Shown: one piece after another, positions 19,459-29,648 of the stretch
Numbering within the stretch: position 1 is the first letter of the stretch
Layout of the letters: each line of letters opens with the position of its first letter
Assembly (NCBI GenBank): GCA_016214605.1
Contig: JACROD010000023.1
Coordinates: 32,428 to 96,427, forward strand
DNA from: Candidatus Kaiserbacteria bacterium
GTDB taxonomy: Bacteria > Patescibacteriota > Minisyncoccia > Phycocordibacterales > UBA2100
DNA length: 64,000 nt
Direction of reading: 5' to 3'
Made by a program: the position numbers and the translations under genes
The notes under the pieces: model-generated
Told to the model about the DNA's origin: nothing
Seen by the model: only the letters and a program-made list of their open reading frames with translations
The model's database searches: none

Positions 19459-20130
19459 TCACACCCAGTCTATCGCTTTTTTACCGTGTTTCGTCAAATA
19501 TTCGTTCGCCTTACTGAAATGTTTGCATCCGAAAAAGCCGCTGTATGCGGAAAAGGGCGACGGATGAGCAGATTCAAGGACGAGATGTTTGGTGCGATCG
19601 ATGTGCGCACCTTTTGTCTTTGCATAGTTGCCCCAAAGAATAAAAACCAAATGTTCGCGCTCATCGGAGAGTGCTTTGATCGCGGCGTCGGTGAATTCTT
19701 CCCACCCCTTTCCTTGATGTGATCCTGCGGAATGTGCGCGTACGGTGAGTGTCGCATTGAGAAGAAGCACTCCTTGTCGAGCCCAGCGTTCCAGATCGCC
19801 GGTCTTGTGGACGAGTGGTGTCCCGAGGTCGCTCTCGATCTCTTTGAAAATATTTTGTAGCGACGGCGGCAGGCGGATCCCCTCTCCTACCGCAAAACAC
19901 AGGCCGTTGGCCTGATCGGGACCGTGATACGGATCTTGGCCGAGGATCACGACCTCGACATCGTCGAAAGGACAGAGGTCAAAGGCGCGAAAGATATTTT
20001 TGGGCGGTGGAAACACGATCGCATGTTTGTATTCATCATGCACGAACGCGGAGAGATCTTTGAAATACGGTTTTTCAAACTCATTCACCAGATGACGTTG
20101 CCAAGAGGGGTCAATTTTAACTTCACTCAT
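19459..20130 (-). CDS. ung: Uracil-DNA glycosylase
   Basis: GQDPYH and HPSP. Confidence 0.97.
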   Translation of the reverse strand: MSEVKIDPSWQRHLVNEFEKPYFKDLSAFVHDEYKHAIVFPPPKNIFRAFDLCPFDDVEVVILGQDPYHGPDQANGLCFAVGEGIRLPPSLQNIFKEIESDLGTPLVHKTGDLERWARQGVLLLNATLTVRAHSAGSHQGKGWEEFTDAAIKALSDEREHLVFILWGNYAKTKGAHIDRTKHLVLESAHPSPFSAYSGFFGCKHFSKANEYLTKHGKKAIDWV

Positions 20131-20213
20131 GTGCTCATTGTATACGTTGTTTCCCAAGAAAACGATCCTGTATGCGTTTTATGCATACAGGATCGCGAGT
20201 GAGTCAAGCGCAT

Positions 20214-20720
20214 TTATCCCGAGGCAGGTGCGCGCGCATGTCGCCATCGCGGCGGTGGCTGCGAACAGACCGCGAAATATGCTGCGAGCGGTCCTGTAAG
20301 ATACAGGCTCGCGAACAGCATTAGCTGATGCCACTGGAACGTCACCCAGAACTCATGGATGAATGGTCCCGTGCTCCATATAAGAACACACACCAGAACT
20401 ACGCGAGCGACCTTCGAGAACATCGATATTCTTATAGGATTTGCGATTCCTCCAAAATGCGACAAGCGTTCGATGACCGGAATGCCTGTCGCATAAAGTA
20501 GAGCCATGAACGCAAAGAAGAGGATCTGCAGGGTGGGGAAAGATGTTTCTTGCGCCCACCATACGATCATCCACGCACTGCTTCCACCGCCGAGGTAGCA
20601 GCAAAACTGTGCCCATCGAATAGGCGATACTCTTGTCCAGTCGACCAACCTCTGGAAGAGGTTGATCAGTGATTCATCGAGGCGCCATATCATGCCCCAC
20701 ATGACCAACCTCCCTTCCAT
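20214..20720 (-). CDS. Membrane hypothetical protein
   Basis: Several hydrophobic segments. Confidence 0.55.
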   Translation of the reverse strand: MEGRLVMWGMIWRLDESLINLFQRLVDWTRVSPIRWAQFCCYLGGGSSAWMIVWWAQETSFPTLQILFFAFMALLYATGIPVIERLSHFGGIANPIRISMFSKVARVVLVCVLIWSTGPFIHEFWVTFQWHQLMLFASLYLTGPLAAYFAVCSQPPPRWRHARAPASG

Positions 20721-20751
20721 ATTTTTTGATGGGTATTATTGCCTAATCAAA

Positions 20752-21009
20752 CTATACCACAGTTTGTTCTTTTATTAATATGCGCTCTTTTACCACGGCA
20801 CCGCCGCGATTGTAGCCGCCCATTGATCCGTCGCTCTTGATCACACGATGGCAGGGTATCGCAGGGTCATAATTTTTTCGCATGATGGCGCCGACCGCGC
20901 GAGCGGCACGCGGATTCCCCGCCCTCGTCGCAACCTCTTTGTAAGTCATCGTCTTTCCTCTAGGGATTTTGCCGACGATTGTGCGGACCTTGTCGGCAAA
21001 TGTCTTCAT
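20752..21009 (-). CDS. O6-alkylguanine DNA alkyltransferase, C-terminal domain only
   Basis: AARAVG and IPCHRV. Confidence 0.9.
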   Translation of the reverse strand: MKTFADKVRTIVGKIPRGKTMTYKEVATRAGNPRAARAVGAIMRKNYDPAIPCHRVIKSDGSMGGYNRGGAVVKERILIKEQTVV

Positions 21010-21059
21010 ACCTGGAGTATACTTGCAAATCACCCGTCCGGCAGTAGTTCAGGCCCAAC

Positions 21060-21095
21060 CTCCTGTAATTTCACCAATTGGTGAAATTACAGGAG
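21060..21095. repeat. Perfect 36-bp palindrome (family A, copy 3, compensatory core)
   Basis: ctcctgtaatttcaccaa|ttggtgaaattacaggag. Confidence 0.92.
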
Positions 21096-21139
21096 TAGTT
21101 AATGATTAAATCAAACGGATCGAGGCTCGAAATCCCCCC

Positions 21140-21913
21140 TTACTTCTTACTCTTTGAGATTTGTGCGTGGAGTGCCTTGCCTGCCGCTTCGCGATAGAGA
21201 CAATAATCGCAATCGGAGTTTGCGGGCGGAATTTGCTCGCTGTCGAGGCATTTTTTGATAGCGAGGAGTGTGTCATCGATCCAATCGGCATCGCCCTTAT
21301 ATGGTATGAGTGTGACATCAAAGACAAGCTTGCGGTCGAAAGCTTTTTCGTCCTTACTTGCGTTGGCATACACAAAATATCCCGTGTCGGAGACGTCGAA
21401 TCCGCGTTGCCGGAGGAGCCACTGATATACCTCCATTTGCCGCTTGTATCCGATGTGCCAGTCTTCGTCGAGGGATTCGATCTTGGTGTCTTTGCTTGTC
21501 GATTTGTAATCCACGACGATCAGTTCGCCGGCAGGATTCACCCAAATATCGTCGACCGCGCCGGAAACGGTGAATCCGGTCGGTTGGTGTACGTATTCGA
21601 TGCCTTTAAAATTTTCGCGCCAGATATCGAGGTCTTCGTGGGTATAGGGCACTGCATCGACGCCGTATTGTTCCATGAGTGGGTGTGCGGCGCCGTGGGC
21701 GCGATGGATATCGAATTCTTTTTTGAGGAGCGCATCGACAGCGCTATTGAGATTGAAAGGAAAACCTGGCGGGCGTGCCACGCCGAGCTTGTTGTCGAGA
21801 TAGAAACAACGCTTGCACTGCATGAAGAGATCGATCTTGGAGCGCGACAACCGCCACCGAGAACCGCCATAATTCCAGTCCGGCTTGCGGTTGGGTTTGT
21901 AGAATCCGCTCAT
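21140..21913 (-). CDS. Stand-alone PD-(D/E)XK (Cas4/AddB-like) nuclease
   Basis: LSRSKI..CKRC, GAVDD, VVDYKS, QMEVY, CDYC. Confidence 0.85.
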   Translation of the reverse strand: MSGFYKPNRKPDWNYGGSRWRLSRSKIDLFMQCKRCFYLDNKLGVARPPGFPFNLNSAVDALLKKEFDIHRAHGAAHPLMEQYGVDAVPYTHEDLDIWRENFKGIEYVHQPTGFTVSGAVDDIWVNPAGELIVVDYKSTSKDTKIESLDEDWHIGYKRQMEVYQWLLRQRGFDVSDTGYFVYANASKDEKAFDRKLVFDVTLIPYKGDADWIDDTLLAIKKCLDSEQIPPANSDCDYCLYREAAGKALHAQISKSKK

Positions 21914-21983
21914 GTGTTGAGTATAACAGACACAGCTTCGTCGAAGAGTCGGCGAAGCTCTGTGAATAGTACCGATTATGTGC

Positions 21984-22493
21984 CTAGTGCTGAGGAGGCG
22001 TTTGGTGCAGGGTGTCGCCGTGCTCGTGATAGTCCTTAAACCAATGTTTGAAGCGGTCTTCCACGTACCACATGCCAGTAAACAGGATGAGTACGAGCAT
22101 GGTCGCAAATATAGACAGTGCATAGAGGCCAAAACCGATCGACATGCCGACCGCGGTCGCTACCCATATGCCAGCGGCGGTCGTCGCGCCATGAAGGGCG
22201 TCTCTTCGGAATATAATGAGTCCGCCGCCCAGGAATCCGATACCCATGATGACACCGGCGGCGATACGTAGAGGATCAAAATTGAGAATACCGATAAAAG
22301 CGGTGTCGACGTAAGTGCCGACAAGGATGAAAAGACATGCGCCGAGTGAGACAAGACCGAATGTGCGCGTTCCGACCGGCTGATGTGCAATGACCGAACG
22401 TTCCGTGCCGATGATCCCACCGAGGACCATGGCGAGCAGGAGCTTCATAAACATGACTGTGTTCGTGTCGACGAATTGTTCGGTGCCGTGCAT
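21984..22493 (-). CDS. MgtC/SapB family membrane protein
   Basis: IGTER, GTRTF, GIGFLGGG, TTAAGIW. Confidence 0.9.
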   Translation of the reverse strand: MHGTEQFVDTNTVMFMKLLLAMVLGGIIGTERSVIAHQPVGTRTFGLVSLGACLFILVGTYVDTAFIGILNFDPLRIAAGVIMGIGFLGGGLIIFRRDALHGATTAAGIWVATAVGMSIGFGLYALSIFATMLVLILFTGMWYVEDRFKHWFKDYHEHGDTLHQTPPQH

Positions 22494-22543
22494 AGAGAAA
22501 GTATAAACTAGAACTAATAAATAATGAAACGCGGACTGGATTA

Positions 22544-23434
22544 TCAGTGGATTACAGGTGACCCGGCGTTATTGATCGTCATATCGGGTGCATTCGTGAT
22601 AATGCCCGGGTCTCCACATAGCTGGCGCGCTTCTTCGAGCACTTTCGGAATATGGGACGGCTTTACGCCATATTCTTGAAGCAAATGCGGTGTTTGGATG
22701 TGCCTGCACAGTACAATGCGCTTATCCAAGAGGCGTCGCTTTTCGCCTTCTGAAAGTGTGGTGAGAGCAGTGAGCGGATGCACGCGGCCAGCTTCGATCA
22801 TCGCAAAGAGCCCGCGTCCACGCGGGAACTCCCATCCGAGGAGTTTGAGATTCGAGCACTGAGCATACCGTATCGCATTGCGCGTAAAACGTGTATTTGT
22901 CACGAGCCAGCCCTCGTCGACGCGAGAAGATCTTTCCGGCGCATTCCTGAGGTCCTCGTAACGCGCATGGATATAAAGTGCATCTTTGACGTCGGTCTTG
23001 CCGCCGGGATCGTTGTGGAATTTTGCCTCGATTCCGATCCTTCGATGGTCCTTCTCGGCCAAGACATCCACTTCATGCGGGGCGCAGCGGCCGTTGAGGT
23101 TGATACCGGTACGTACCTGATATCCTTGGGAACGCAGGACCTCGGCGAGGAACTGCTCGAAGGGAAATCCGGACGGCCCGAGCGAGAAGACAGCGCGTTT
23201 GATCGAATATCGCGCTGCGACCGGCACCGTTTCCTCTTCCCGCAAATGATCGAAGGCATGGCGATAGATCTCCTCGGTCATCATGCCAGGGCGAAGCTCA
23301 CGGATAATCCGTGCAAGGATCTTGGCGCGCGCCGTTGAGGAAGCGCCGGCGAGTGCCAGCGAATGCTCCAGCTTTTCTGGGCTGAAACGCTCTTGGTCGC
23401 CGTCTGCTTTTGTTATGAGAATATGATCTGGCAT
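22544..23434 (-). CDS. ATP-cone plus Mrr-like restriction endonuclease domain protein
   Basis: ITKADGDQERFSPEKL; GFPFEQF, EVDV, IEAKFH, VTNTRFT. Confidence 0.8.
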   Translation of the reverse strand: MPDHILITKADGDQERFSPEKLEHSLALAGASSTARAKILARIIRELRPGMMTEEIYRHAFDHLREEETVPVAARYSIKRAVFSLGPSGFPFEQFLAEVLRSQGYQVRTGINLNGRCAPHEVDVLAEKDHRRIGIEAKFHNDPGGKTDVKDALYIHARYEDLRNAPERSSRVDEGWLVTNTRFTRNAIRYAQCSNLKLLGWEFPRGRGLFAMIEAGRVHPLTALTTLSEGEKRRLLDKRIVLCRHIQTPHLLQEYGVKPSHIPKVLEEARQLCGDPGIITNAPDMTINNAGSPVIH

Positions 23435-23443
23435 AGAAGATAT

Positions 23444-23863
23444 TTAGTGTATTCCCCGCAAAGGTATTTCTGGTATGACAGCTATGGGAATCGATTCTCC
23501 ATTGAGAGTGGCCGTAAAAGATACACCGATCGAGGCGGCAAAAATAATCGCACGAAAATCTCGTGTCGAGTTTTGGGTCACGCAAGAAGTAATATAAGGC
23601 TCTCGCCAGGTATTGAATATGATGAGATATGACGAATCCGATATGCGCTGGGTATAGACGACGACCTCGTCGCACGAGGATGTGATCGGAACCGTCCCCG
23701 ACAACGTATGCGAGCCGACGCCGATCATGTCTCGGATCAAGATGGGTGTGACCGACTTGAGGTTTGCGCGTACGATCTCATTGGCGACCATCAGCGTGGT
23801 GCCGAGCCCGATGATCAGAATAAGCACGAACCATACAATAGATCGAAAAAATCCCATCGTCAT
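23444..23863 (-). CDS. Exported hypothetical protein
   Basis: N-terminal TM segment. Confidence 0.65.
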   Translation of the reverse strand: MTMGFFRSIVWFVLILIIGLGTTLMVANEIVRANLKSVTPILIRDMIGVGSHTLSGTVPITSSCDEVVVYTQRISDSSYLIIFNTWREPYITSCVTQNSTRDFRAIIFAASIGVSFTATLNGESIPIAVIPEIPLRGIH

Positions 23864-23944
23864 GGGTGTATTATATCCTGCCCACTACAGGCCACTGATC
23901 GCTATTCACACAAAGGCATGTGGTCGCCGGGAGCGAATATCGCG

Positions 23945-25009
23945 TCAGTGAGACATCTCGATCACGCCGCCTCCCAGGACACGTTCTCCATCGTACAAAA
24001 CGAGCGATTGGCCCGGAGAAATAAGATGCGGCTCGTCGAATACCGCTGTGAAGCGGTCATCCGAGGAATGTACAGTGATCGCAAAAGGCTTTTCCCGATA
24101 GCGTGACTGCGCATGAGTATGTAAAGAAGGTCGCGGCACCTCACTGATCCAGTGGAGATCGCTCAGGTCTGCCTTGCCGACCGCCGCGGCTCCACGATCC
24201 AATGACACCATGATCGTGTTGTCCTCTATAGAGAGTTTCACGACATAATGGATCCCCTTGCGTGCTTCTGCGCCGTTGACCGTGAATCCATGTCGCTGTC
24301 CTATTGTGTAGAGCACCGCACCGTCGTGCGTCCCGATCTTGTTACCCTTCGTGTCAAGCACCGTACCCTCTTTCAAAGTGATGTAGCGAGCGAGAAAATC
24401 GCGCATGCTCACATCGCCGACGAAACAAAGCCCTTGGCTGTCCGGCTTTTGTGCGACCGGCAGACCGAAGGTCCGTGCCCTCTCACGGACTTGTGATTTG
24501 CACAGATCGCCGATCGGAAAGAGCGTCCGTGCCAATTCTCTCTCGCCGATGCGGTATAAGAAGTACGATTGATCTTTTTCGGTGTCTGCTCCGCGCAGGA
24601 GTGCTGTCTTGCCGTCGATCGTGGCAGTGCGCGCATAGTGGCCGGTCGCGATTAGATCGGCACCATGATCAAATGCCCATTGTGCGAACACGCCGAATTT
24701 GATCTTTTCGTTGCAGAGGATATCGGGATTGGGTGTGATGCCACGCTCATAGTCGCTAACCATCGAATCGACTACTTCTTTTTTGTACTCGTGCGAAAGA
24801 TCAATCTCGCGAAAAGGGATGTCAAGGCTCGCGGCGATGCGTATCGCGTCGAGACGGTCCTCCCGCCAGGTGCATTCGATGAATTCTGGCTGCCAGATCT
24901 TGATGAACACGCCGACGACACCATAGCCGCGTTCTTTAAGTATCGCGGCCGAAGTGCCGCTATCTACCCCACCGGAAAGCCCGACGAATACTATCTTCTT
25001 ATTATTCAT
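23945..25009 (-). CDS. mnmA: tRNA 2-thiouridylase MnmA
   Basis: SGGVDS, PNPDILCN, ATGHYA, KDQSYFL, DSQGLCF. Confidence 0.96.
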   Translation of the reverse strand: MNNKKIVFVGLSGGVDSGTSAAILKERGYGVVGVFIKIWQPEFIECTWREDRLDAIRIAASLDIPFREIDLSHEYKKEVVDSMVSDYERGITPNPDILCNEKIKFGVFAQWAFDHGADLIATGHYARTATIDGKTALLRGADTEKDQSYFLYRIGERELARTLFPIGDLCKSQVRERARTFGLPVAQKPDSQGLCFVGDVSMRDFLARYITLKEGTVLDTKGNKIGTHDGAVLYTIGQRHGFTVNGAEARKGIHYVVKLSIEDNTIMVSLDRGAAAVGKADLSDLHWISEVPRPSLHTHAQSRYREKPFAITVHSSDDRFTAVFDEPHLISPGQSLVLYDGERVLGGGVIEMSH

Positions 25010-25094
25010 AAGGGATATTGACTTGTCGATCGTTTTTGATAACATATTGGTACATTCGGGATTTTCCCACGGCCCCACCGCAAGGTGGGGAATA

Positions 25095-25499
25095 TTATTT
25101 ATACAGTGAGTTGAAGCCGTCGCGCACCCGTTTAAAATCAGTATCGTCAAGCTCTCCCAATTGCGAGGATAGGCGGCGATAATCGATTACGCGTATCTGA
25201 TGCAGACAAGCAACCATAGCAGTACCCTTCTGGCGGAACAACACATACCATGTTCCTGTATGTTCTTTGGTGGTGGTCGGGATGACAAGGTAAAATCCAT
25301 GCGCCAGTTTCTTAAATATGATGACCGGACGAGAAAACTGAAAATTTTTACCATTGATCTCGGAGCCGATATTTTCACCGAGGCTTGCCCACCAGATTTG
25401 ATGTTCCGCAACTCGCGGTGGTTTGGCGGTTAGCGCGTGCAGTTTTTCTTTTAGTCCAACCCACTCAAGAAAACGCTTCAGTTGTTGCATGGGCGCCAT
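25095..25499 (-). CDS. PemK/MazF-like toxin without a visible antitoxin
   Basis: IWWASLGENIGSEINGK, RPVII, QIRVID. Confidence 0.85.
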   Translation of the reverse strand: MAPMQQLKRFLEWVGLKEKLHALTAKPPRVAEHQIWWASLGENIGSEINGKNFQFSRPVIIFKKLAHGFYLVIPTTTKEHTGTWYVLFRQKGTAMVACLHQIRVIDYRRLSSQLGELDDTDFKRVRDGFNSLYK

Positions 25500-25655
25500 G
25501 GTAGCACATATTTCCTTTTACGCTCTTTTTCACGAATCCATTGAAGTGATGTTGTCCGTGATTCTCGAATACCATGGTGTTTTAGCGGTACACAAAAAGG
25601 GCCGACACAGAGATCGGCCCATCATGAGGATATCCAGGCGTGCAAGGACCGTCGT

Positions 25656-25940
25656 TCAGTGGATGTCTGACACAGAACGCAGGATTCTATCCGTGAGGGC
25701 CTCTCCGGCTGATTCTGAATCGCAAGACACGGCTATTCCGGAGCCAGAGACCACAACCTTCCCGGATACTGTCTGACCACTCAGAAGGAAACTGAACGTT
25801 ACAGTCCCATCCTTCCATTCCTCCTGTAGGTTACTGATTGCTGAGGTGAACATGGCGGGCATGTTAGCGAACATGCCCTTCATGGTCATAAACGCTTCCC
25901 TATAGGGAAGATTGTGAGTCACAAATCTCTCCAGTTGCAT
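25656..25940 (-). CDS. Hypothetical protein (ORFan)
   Basis: Own TTGACA-N17-TAACTT promoter, SD and downstream hairpin with T run. Confidence 0.55.
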   Translation of the reverse strand: MQLERFVTHNLPYREAFMTMKGMFANMPAMFTSAISNLQEEWKDGTVTFSFLLSGQTVSGKVVVSGSGIAVSCDSESAGEALTDRILRSVSDIH

Positions 25941-26014
25941 CGTTCCGCCCTTCCTATGCGCTTGATGTCCGTCGGAAAGTTACCGTGTTTTCATTAATGT
26001 GTCAATACAACTCT

Positions 26015-27052
26015 CTAATTATCTATATAGGCGTCTTTTTTGATCAGGTGCTGCTGATAGGTCTTGCTGTAGTGGGTCACGCCGTTTTCGTCGGCGAGAT
26101 AGAAAAGGTAGTCGCTCTTGATCGGATCGACCGCTGCCTCGATCGCGTTCATCGAAGGGCTGCCGATCGGAGTCGGCGGAAGCCCTTTGTGGGTGTAGGT
26201 GTTGTACGGCGAATCGCTCTTGAGATCTTGTCGCGTGAGATCAAAGGTCCCCTTGCCCACGGTGTAGAGGAACGTGACATCCACTTGAAGCGGCATATTT
26301 TTTGAGAGGCGATTCCATAGCACTCCGGCGATTTTTTGGCGGTCGTCCCCCTTGCCGGTCGCCTCGCGCTCCAGGATCGAAGCCATGATGATGATATCGC
26401 TGAGAGAGTGCCCAGAAGCTTCAATTTGGTCTTGGATCTCAGTTATGTGTGCGTCAAAATTTTGCCGCATGGTCTTTATCACGGTCTCTTCGGTCGCGTT
26501 GGGCAGGAAGAAATACGTATCGGGAAAGAGATATCCTTCCATTGGCTGTGCTTGCACGAGGAAATTTGCCTGGTCGAAACGCTCGAGCTGAGATCTGAAG
26601 ATGACCGCCATTTGCCGTGTGGTCGCACCTTCGGGTATGCGAATATGGATCGGTTCGAGGCCGTATGCACCTATCGAGATCGTCCGCGCCACCGAAAAAA
26701 GTTCTTGGGGTTCCTTGAAAAGATAATCGCCCGCCCGCATGTGGCGACCCTTGCCGAGAATAGTTGCCATGACGCGGAATGCCAGAGAGGAACGGACAAC
26801 CCCTTGCTTTTGGAGGGTGTCACCGATCTGTTTGAGGGACTGTCCATCAGGCACGGAGACGAGGTGATCAAGCGGGAAGTTATCTGGCGGCCGGATCAAG
26901 AAAAGGTACGAGAAAGTGGCAATAATACCGATGACGATAATGATCACGAGGGTGCGCCGGTTCGTGTGTTCGACCCAGCGCTCGGAAAGACGCAGCTGCA
27001 GACGATCCATATCATCAAAAAATTGACGCAAGGTATAGAATATTGATCTCAT
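26015..27052 (-). CDS. mltG: Endolytic transglycosylase MltG
   Basis: IPEG, EGYLFPDTY, ASILERE, SPYNTY..GLPPTPI. Confidence 0.94.
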   Translation of the reverse strand: MRSIFYTLRQFFDDMDRLQLRLSERWVEHTNRRTLVIIIVIGIIATFSYLFLIRPPDNFPLDHLVSVPDGQSLKQIGDTLQKQGVVRSSLAFRVMATILGKGRHMRAGDYLFKEPQELFSVARTISIGAYGLEPIHIRIPEGATTRQMAVIFRSQLERFDQANFLVQAQPMEGYLFPDTYFFLPNATEETVIKTMRQNFDAHITEIQDQIEASGHSLSDIIIMASILEREATGKGDDRQKIAGVLWNRLSKNMPLQVDVTFLYTVGKGTFDLTRQDLKSDSPYNTYTHKGLPPTPIGSPSMNAIEAAVDPIKSDYLFYLADENGVTHYSKTYQQHLIKKDAYIDN

Positions 27053-27069
27053 AGGTGGCATACGCGGCG

Positions 27070-28467
27070 TTACATGGGGAGGTTCGGGGGCGGAGCGGCT
27101 TTCTTGGCGGGAATGCGACTGATACCGGGAGAAGCGATCCCGCTGCTCGGGAAATGCCAAAGGGTTGCGATGGCCTCGACACTCATGACGTTGATCTCAG
27201 CGGTCCATGGCGGATAGAACGATGATCGTCGGCGATAAGCATCAAGGAATCGGCGAAGAAGGAATTTTTTGTACATACCCTGAAAATCTTGCCATGGATA
27301 ATTGAAGATATTGTGGCCGCCGGTGTTATCCGGTGCGAGTTCGTTGAGATACCCGGTGCCAAGCGGTTTCCAGAGGAAGCGAAGCGTGCCGATGTTGGAG
27401 CCGTGGACATGGCCCTTGGTCGTATCCACAAGATAAATACCTCGCGCACATACATCAAAAGTGTTTTTGCCCGAATGCCGTTCGATGGCTTCCATCTGCT
27501 GTTTTTGTTTCCAGGTAGGATTTGGAATACGGACCGTGCTTTCGCGTTCGTCCTCGGGGATGCCTTGTTTGCGAATATTCTCGATCTCTTTTTCGACCCT
27601 AGCCTGCCATTCTTTTGCGGTGTCATTCGGAAAAAAGATACCACCGGATGCCTTGGAAGAGCGGAGTGTGATCTGCACCCATACTTGTTCGTGTGGTTTG
27701 AGACCGCTCAAATACTCAAACATGTATGCGAGCGGATCCACCTTAAACTCCTCCTTCGGATCCTTGTCGAGCTCTGCGTCGATATAGCTTGAAATCGGGT
27801 ATACGTCATCTGCTACGAGCTTATAATCATTGACGAAGCCATCATATCGTGCAGGATCGTATTGGAGCTTGGAAGCATAGTCTTCGACCGCGTGGATCTC
27901 GGCATCCGGAAATTGCGAGTAGATCGCGGCCTCGGCGACATTACGATACAGACCCCATGTCCATATATAGAAATGGATCTCTCCACCAAAACTGGCGATC
28001 TCAAGAGAGAACCATGGGCGGACGCGTCCGACCCAGACGCGCTTGATAAAATCAGTTTCTCCCGAGGTCTGCCATAGGGCGCCGAGTGCCGTCTCTATGG
28101 CGCGCGGCGATTTGAAAACTTCGCGTGGCACATGTATCTCGAGCAATACAGGATCGCGACCCGATATCCAGTCAGAACGAATATAACGCACCCACGTCTG
28201 GTACGACGCGATCAGGAGGACGAACGGAAGCCAGACCGGTGCGGTCCCGAAGATCCATCCGAGTGCGAAAACGAAGAGGTGCGGGATCTCGGTAGAGAGA
28301 ATACTGAGCAGGCCCAGGAAAAGTACCGTGAGAAATAAAGGGCGCGGAATACCCCATCCCCAAAACCATTGGACCCAGGCATCAAAATCAAGCCATGACG
28401 TCGATCCGAATCCTAGTTTTTTCTGTAACGCCGTTTTCTCCGGTTTTTTTGGTTTCTTTTCCGCCAT
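27070..28467 (-). CDS. Conserved CPR membrane protein
   Basis: LLEIHVP, FSLEIAS, YSQFPDAEI, LWHFP. Confidence 0.7.
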   Translation of the reverse strand: MAEKKPKKPEKTALQKKLGFGSTSWLDFDAWVQWFWGWGIPRPLFLTVLFLGLLSILSTEIPHLFVFALGWIFGTAPVWLPFVLLIASYQTWVRYIRSDWISGRDPVLLEIHVPREVFKSPRAIETALGALWQTSGETDFIKRVWVGRVRPWFSLEIASFGGEIHFYIWTWGLYRNVAEAAIYSQFPDAEIHAVEDYASKLQYDPARYDGFVNDYKLVADDVYPISSYIDAELDKDPKEEFKVDPLAYMFEYLSGLKPHEQVWVQITLRSSKASGGIFFPNDTAKEWQARVEKEIENIRKQGIPEDERESTVRIPNPTWKQKQQMEAIERHSGKNTFDVCARGIYLVDTTKGHVHGSNIGTLRFLWKPLGTGYLNELAPDNTGGHNIFNYPWQDFQGMYKKFLLRRFLDAYRRRSSFYPPWTAEINVMSVEAIATLWHFPSSGIASPGISRIPAKKAAPPPNLPM

Positions 28468-28607
28468 GTACACACAATACTACCACTTTTGTCGCTCGTT
28501 CTGACTACTTATTAACAAAGAAAGAGGTTATGAAATCGTTGATTCTCAGACACCAAAAAACCGGATCATGATCCGGTTTTTTGGTGTCTGAAAAGTATAC
28601 CTCCAGA

Positions 28608-29648
28608 CTATTTATTCTGCTGCTTTTCTACAGTGTAGCGTCCGTCAGGAAGGCGTTTGAAAATGCCGCTCTGGAGATTGACCGCGATGGTCGCATCCTT
28701 GACGTAGCGCTCACGCTTGACACGTTCGATGATCTCTTCGCGTGTGAGCGGTCCTTCACGCTCGATGACCCCGCGGATCACATCGCGCACGACGCCCGGC
28801 TGATAGCCCCACTCCTTGAGCGCATAGAGTCCCCGACCGACAAGTACGAAACGCTTATCCTTGATGAGTTCGTTATGGGTTGTCGCGGGGTGTGTCTTGC
28901 GCTTGAAGAGTTTCTCGATACCCTTGGCGACTTCAGTGAAGTGCATCGGGGAGCCGTTGCGCTTGATGGTGAGATAAGCAAAATCGCGCGTGTTCTTGAT
29001 GCGGACATGAGGACTGTCCATGCGACCCCATTCACCGAGCGGATTCTTGCCGACACGCTTAGACATCGAGAGCCAGCGGCTCATGACCTCGTCGGGCTTA
29101 CCTTTGACCCCAGCAGCCTTGAGATTTTTGGCGAACATCTGCAAGAAATCCTCTTCGGCAGTGAGCATGTTGGGTTCGAGGGATTCATAGAGATTCTTCA
29201 GAGCGGTCTCGACCTGTTCGGCGATCTGCTCGTCGATGAGCCAGCGTGTGTGAAAATCGGTGTTCTCGCGGCGTTCGTCGAAATGATGTCCGAGCGTGAG
29301 AAGGAAAATGAGGTGGTTGCGCTCGGCGGTGGTCTGCGCGAGCTCGTTGAGAACGGCATCCTCTGAGACGACGCCTCCGAGCGCGTGGACCTGCTTCTTC
29401 AGATCTTCGAGGATGGCCATTTGTTCACGGTAAATGCTCGACTCGCGGACCGCGGCCAAGGCGTGATTCTCGATCTGGCGAACGCGTTCACGGGTGATGC
29501 CGTATTCTTGGCCGATGGCATCGAGCGTGCGCTTCTCACCCTTGGGAGAGAGGCCGAAACGATCGGTGAGTACGCGTCGCGAACGATCCGGAAGGCCGGT
29601 GAGCAGATCCTTACTGATCGACTTGGGTGAAAATGAAAGCGCTGACAT
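28608..29648 (-). CDS. Sigma70 region 4 plus HARE-HTH domain protein
   Basis: TLDAIGQEYGITRERVRQIE; THNELIKDKRFVLVGRGLYAL. Confidence 0.8.
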   Translation of the reverse strand: MSALSFSPKSISKDLLTGLPDRSRRVLTDRFGLSPKGEKRTLDAIGQEYGITRERVRQIENHALAAVRESSIYREQMAILEDLKKQVHALGGVVSEDAVLNELAQTTAERNHLIFLLTLGHHFDERRENTDFHTRWLIDEQIAEQVETALKNLYESLEPNMLTAEEDFLQMFAKNLKAAGVKGKPDEVMSRWLSMSKRVGKNPLGEWGRMDSPHVRIKNTRDFAYLTIKRNGSPMHFTEVAKGIEKLFKRKTHPATTHNELIKDKRFVLVGRGLYALKEWGYQPGVVRDVIRGVIEREGPLTREEIIERVKRERYVKDATIAVNLQSGIFKRLPDGRYTVEKQQNK

